From the IMG/VR virus record IMGVR_UViG_3300031539_000003: a DNA stretch of 64,000 nt. The stretch is one strand, 5' to 3'. The position numbers and the translations under genes were made by a program. The notes under the pieces were generated by a model. That model was not told the DNA's origin. It was given only the letters and a program-made list of their open reading frames with translations, and did no database searches. The DNA comes from an uncultured virus (IMG/VR IMGVR_UViG_3300031539_000003). Its lineage: Duplodnaviria; Heunggongvirae; Uroviricota; Caudoviricetes. Shown here piece after piece: positions 61,865-64,000 of the stretch (position 1 is the stretch's first letter; every line of letters begins with the position of its first letter).

Positions 61865-61900
61865 AATTCCCTCCTAACAATAGAAGGGAGCGACAATAAA

Positions 61901-62602
61901 TTAATCCCCCATTAACACATCATATATGTTCATTATAACCGGATTAATGGTATAGGGAAAACGTTTACTATAAAATTTGCTAAAAATATTATATGAAATC
62001 TGGTCATTTAACCTACCCCAAAATTGCTTAGCAACTTTCAATTCATCTTCATTTGGAGTAATAAAACTTGCCATCGTTTCAGGTTGTATATGCTTTATCG
62101 GCTTATCTATAAAATCTCCCCTATCATTTGCAAACGGCATTGTTGTAGCCAAAGAACTAAATGAAACATCATAACCTTTCTTGTAGGCTTCCTTCCTTAA
62201 ATACGTTAATTGCTTTAATAAAGCATATTCGTGCGCCATTCCATATTCATAATCATGAGATGCCTGCGCTACTTTTTGATTAACAAGTATTATATCTATA
62301 TCATTAAGACATTTCAAATATTCTTTTATATCCTGAAAACCATCCCTATTCGCTAATCTTTTTAATGATATACTATTAATATCGAATGGACTACAACCAA
62401 ATCTCTCCAATTCCTTTAACTCATAATATTCATGTAAAATATATGAACTACTTAATATATCCCCATCTTCATGAGCATGATATACAAACCAATTATGTAA
62501 ATTCCCAATTTTAGGAATTCCTACTGACCATATAGAATACCACTGAGTTCGTATGGCATCTTCCTGACTAATTTTAACATTTTTAAATAATGCGTTATCC
62601 AT
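61901..62602 (-). CDS. Hypothetical protein with a HExxE...AH putative metal-binding motif
   Basis: ILHEYYEL ... YGMAHEYA. Confidence 0.35.
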   Translation of the reverse strand: MDNALFKNVKISQEDAIRTQWYSIWSVGIPKIGNLHNWFVYHAHEDGDILSSSYILHEYYELKELERFGCSPFDINSISLKRLANRDGFQDIKEYLKCLNDIDIILVNQKVAQASHDYEYGMAHEYALLKQLTYLRKEAYKKGYDVSFSSLATTMPFANDRGDFIDKPIKHIQPETMASFITPNEDELKVAKQFWGRLNDQISYNIFSKFYSKRFPYTINPVIMNIYDVLMGD

Positions 62603-62647
62603 AAAATTATACTTTATTTATACTATTTAATTAATCGGAATTCCAAA

Positions 62648-62681
62648 TAAAAAAGGAGGCAAGAAATCACCTGCCCCCTTT
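62648..62681 (-). terminator. Intrinsic terminator
   Basis: AAGGGGGCAGG-loop-CTTGCCTCCTT followed by TTTTATTT. Confidence 0.75.
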
Positions 62682-64000
62682 ACTTAAAGCTACATTCAAT
62701 CAAAGTTACCATAATGGTAACACTATTGCAAGTACTTCTGTAAAACGGTTCTGCTGATTCCAAGTTGAATAGGGGCCTGTAAAATTCTCCTTATCCCTGC
62801 ACGAGAAGTACTAAAAAATATACCTTTCGCCTCAGGGCCTCTCATATACGACTGAACTGTTTCTGGTATGTCAGAAAATTTTAAATCCATATTTTCTCTA
62901 ACTATTTTCTGTAATACCTCAGTAAGGGTTAAATTATTAACATCTCTTTGGAAAGCAGTAAAAGCATTTGTCAAATTTTTACTTGCAACAGCAGTTAGAA
63001 ATTCTTTATCTACCGCTGTCTCACTATCAGATGCCCTATTATTAATGAGCCCTGGATAATCACCGGTAAATTCATTTGCTGCCAACTCAAGAAAACGTTT
63101 TACATTTCCATCGTTTATATCTTTTATAGATCTTAATCTTTTACGTCTCTCTCTTCCACTTCCATAGCTCATAATAAACCCACCTACAATTCAGTTTTAT
63201 TTTTTCTTATTTTTAGTACCAGAAGCAACATCAGTATCAAGAACTTCCATAGTCGTAGACATAATAACATCTTCAATATTCCTGTCCTTAAAAGGAGCAG
63301 AACCAACCGTCATTCTTTTCCCATCCGCAGTAGCAGTTACTTCAAATAATCCAGTTTCCTTTAATGCTTGATTAATTAAAGCAAACGCTCTGGTTTTTGC
63401 TCTAGACGACTTAGTAATTATCTCTTTTGACTCCCGAATAAGCTGTTGTTCACCTTCATCATTATCTGATTTCTTTGGCGCAACATTAGGTTTTGGTTCG
63501 GTAGTAGTCTTTGGTTCTTTACTGCCCTTCTCATTATTCTCCCCGTCTACAACTGGGGGCTCATCACCATTTTCGGGATCGATATCATCTTGACTTACGC
63601 TTTTACCTGTCTTTTTCTTAACGGTAGTCGTCTTTTTTGGTTTCGAAGATTCGGCTTTATCATCGCTCATTTTACCTTTATCTAACTCTTCGGTGCATAA
63701 TGTAAGTCTTGAACCATCATTATTCCTAATACTCACCGAATATTTATCATTTCCTACTCCATCTTCGATCTCATTATCCTTAATTTCACCTATGTCTGGA
63801 TTTTCGTCTATAATACTTTCATTATTCGACATACAATCCCAGCATAATCCATACTTCAACTCTTCAAAATCATAAATATCGTTACTGCACTCAGTGCATT
63901 TGCTCATAGTATGTCCTTGCTAATATCCTGCCTTAACGATCCAACAAATCTCTCTGTGACGCTATCAAACAACCTCTCGCAACAGCATCCAAAGGATTAG

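Noticed and set aside
62705..62721. Palindrome GTTACCAT-A-ATGGTAAC as an operator
   Set aside because: Single copy between a stop codon and a terminator; no second instance noticed.
97..63875. Most other plus-strand ORFs in the track
   Set aside because: They overlap well-formed minus-strand genes, lack an RBS and have shadow-like composition (rich in F, S, I, L).

Overview
This window is an AT-rich, densely coding segment of what is almost certainly a large (jumbo-type) bacteriophage genome. It holds well over 100 short, mostly hypothetical, tightly overlapping genes on the minus strand, one plus-strand island (about 26.6-29.7 kb) and one lone plus-strand gene (about 56 kb). Recognisable products are a Nudix hydrolase, HAD phosphatase, thymidylate kinase, RNA ligase-like nucleotidyltransferase, N4C/N6A DNA methyltransferase, a SpeD + spermidine-synthase-like + DUF3326 cluster, DUF488, DUF2284, a radical-SAM-like protein, GroES, an HNH nuclease, a 618-aa Ser-rich repeat protein and an M15 endolysin. 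No tRNA, rRNA, cas gene or CRISPR array was seen. Main unusual signals: (1) a near-C-terminal peptide motif (h-x-x-R-L-[KEDN]-[ASNH]-[IV]) shared by about 12 mostly unrelated small proteins; (2) a single intact type I-C CRISPR repeat that appears inserted into and truncates a phage gene; (3) two homologous long RBS-occluding hairpin leaders in the polyamine-like cluster; (4) three distinct recurring promoter-like motifs; (5) a 45-bp-period array of palindromes. Family assignments come from recognising motifs by eye, not from database searches.
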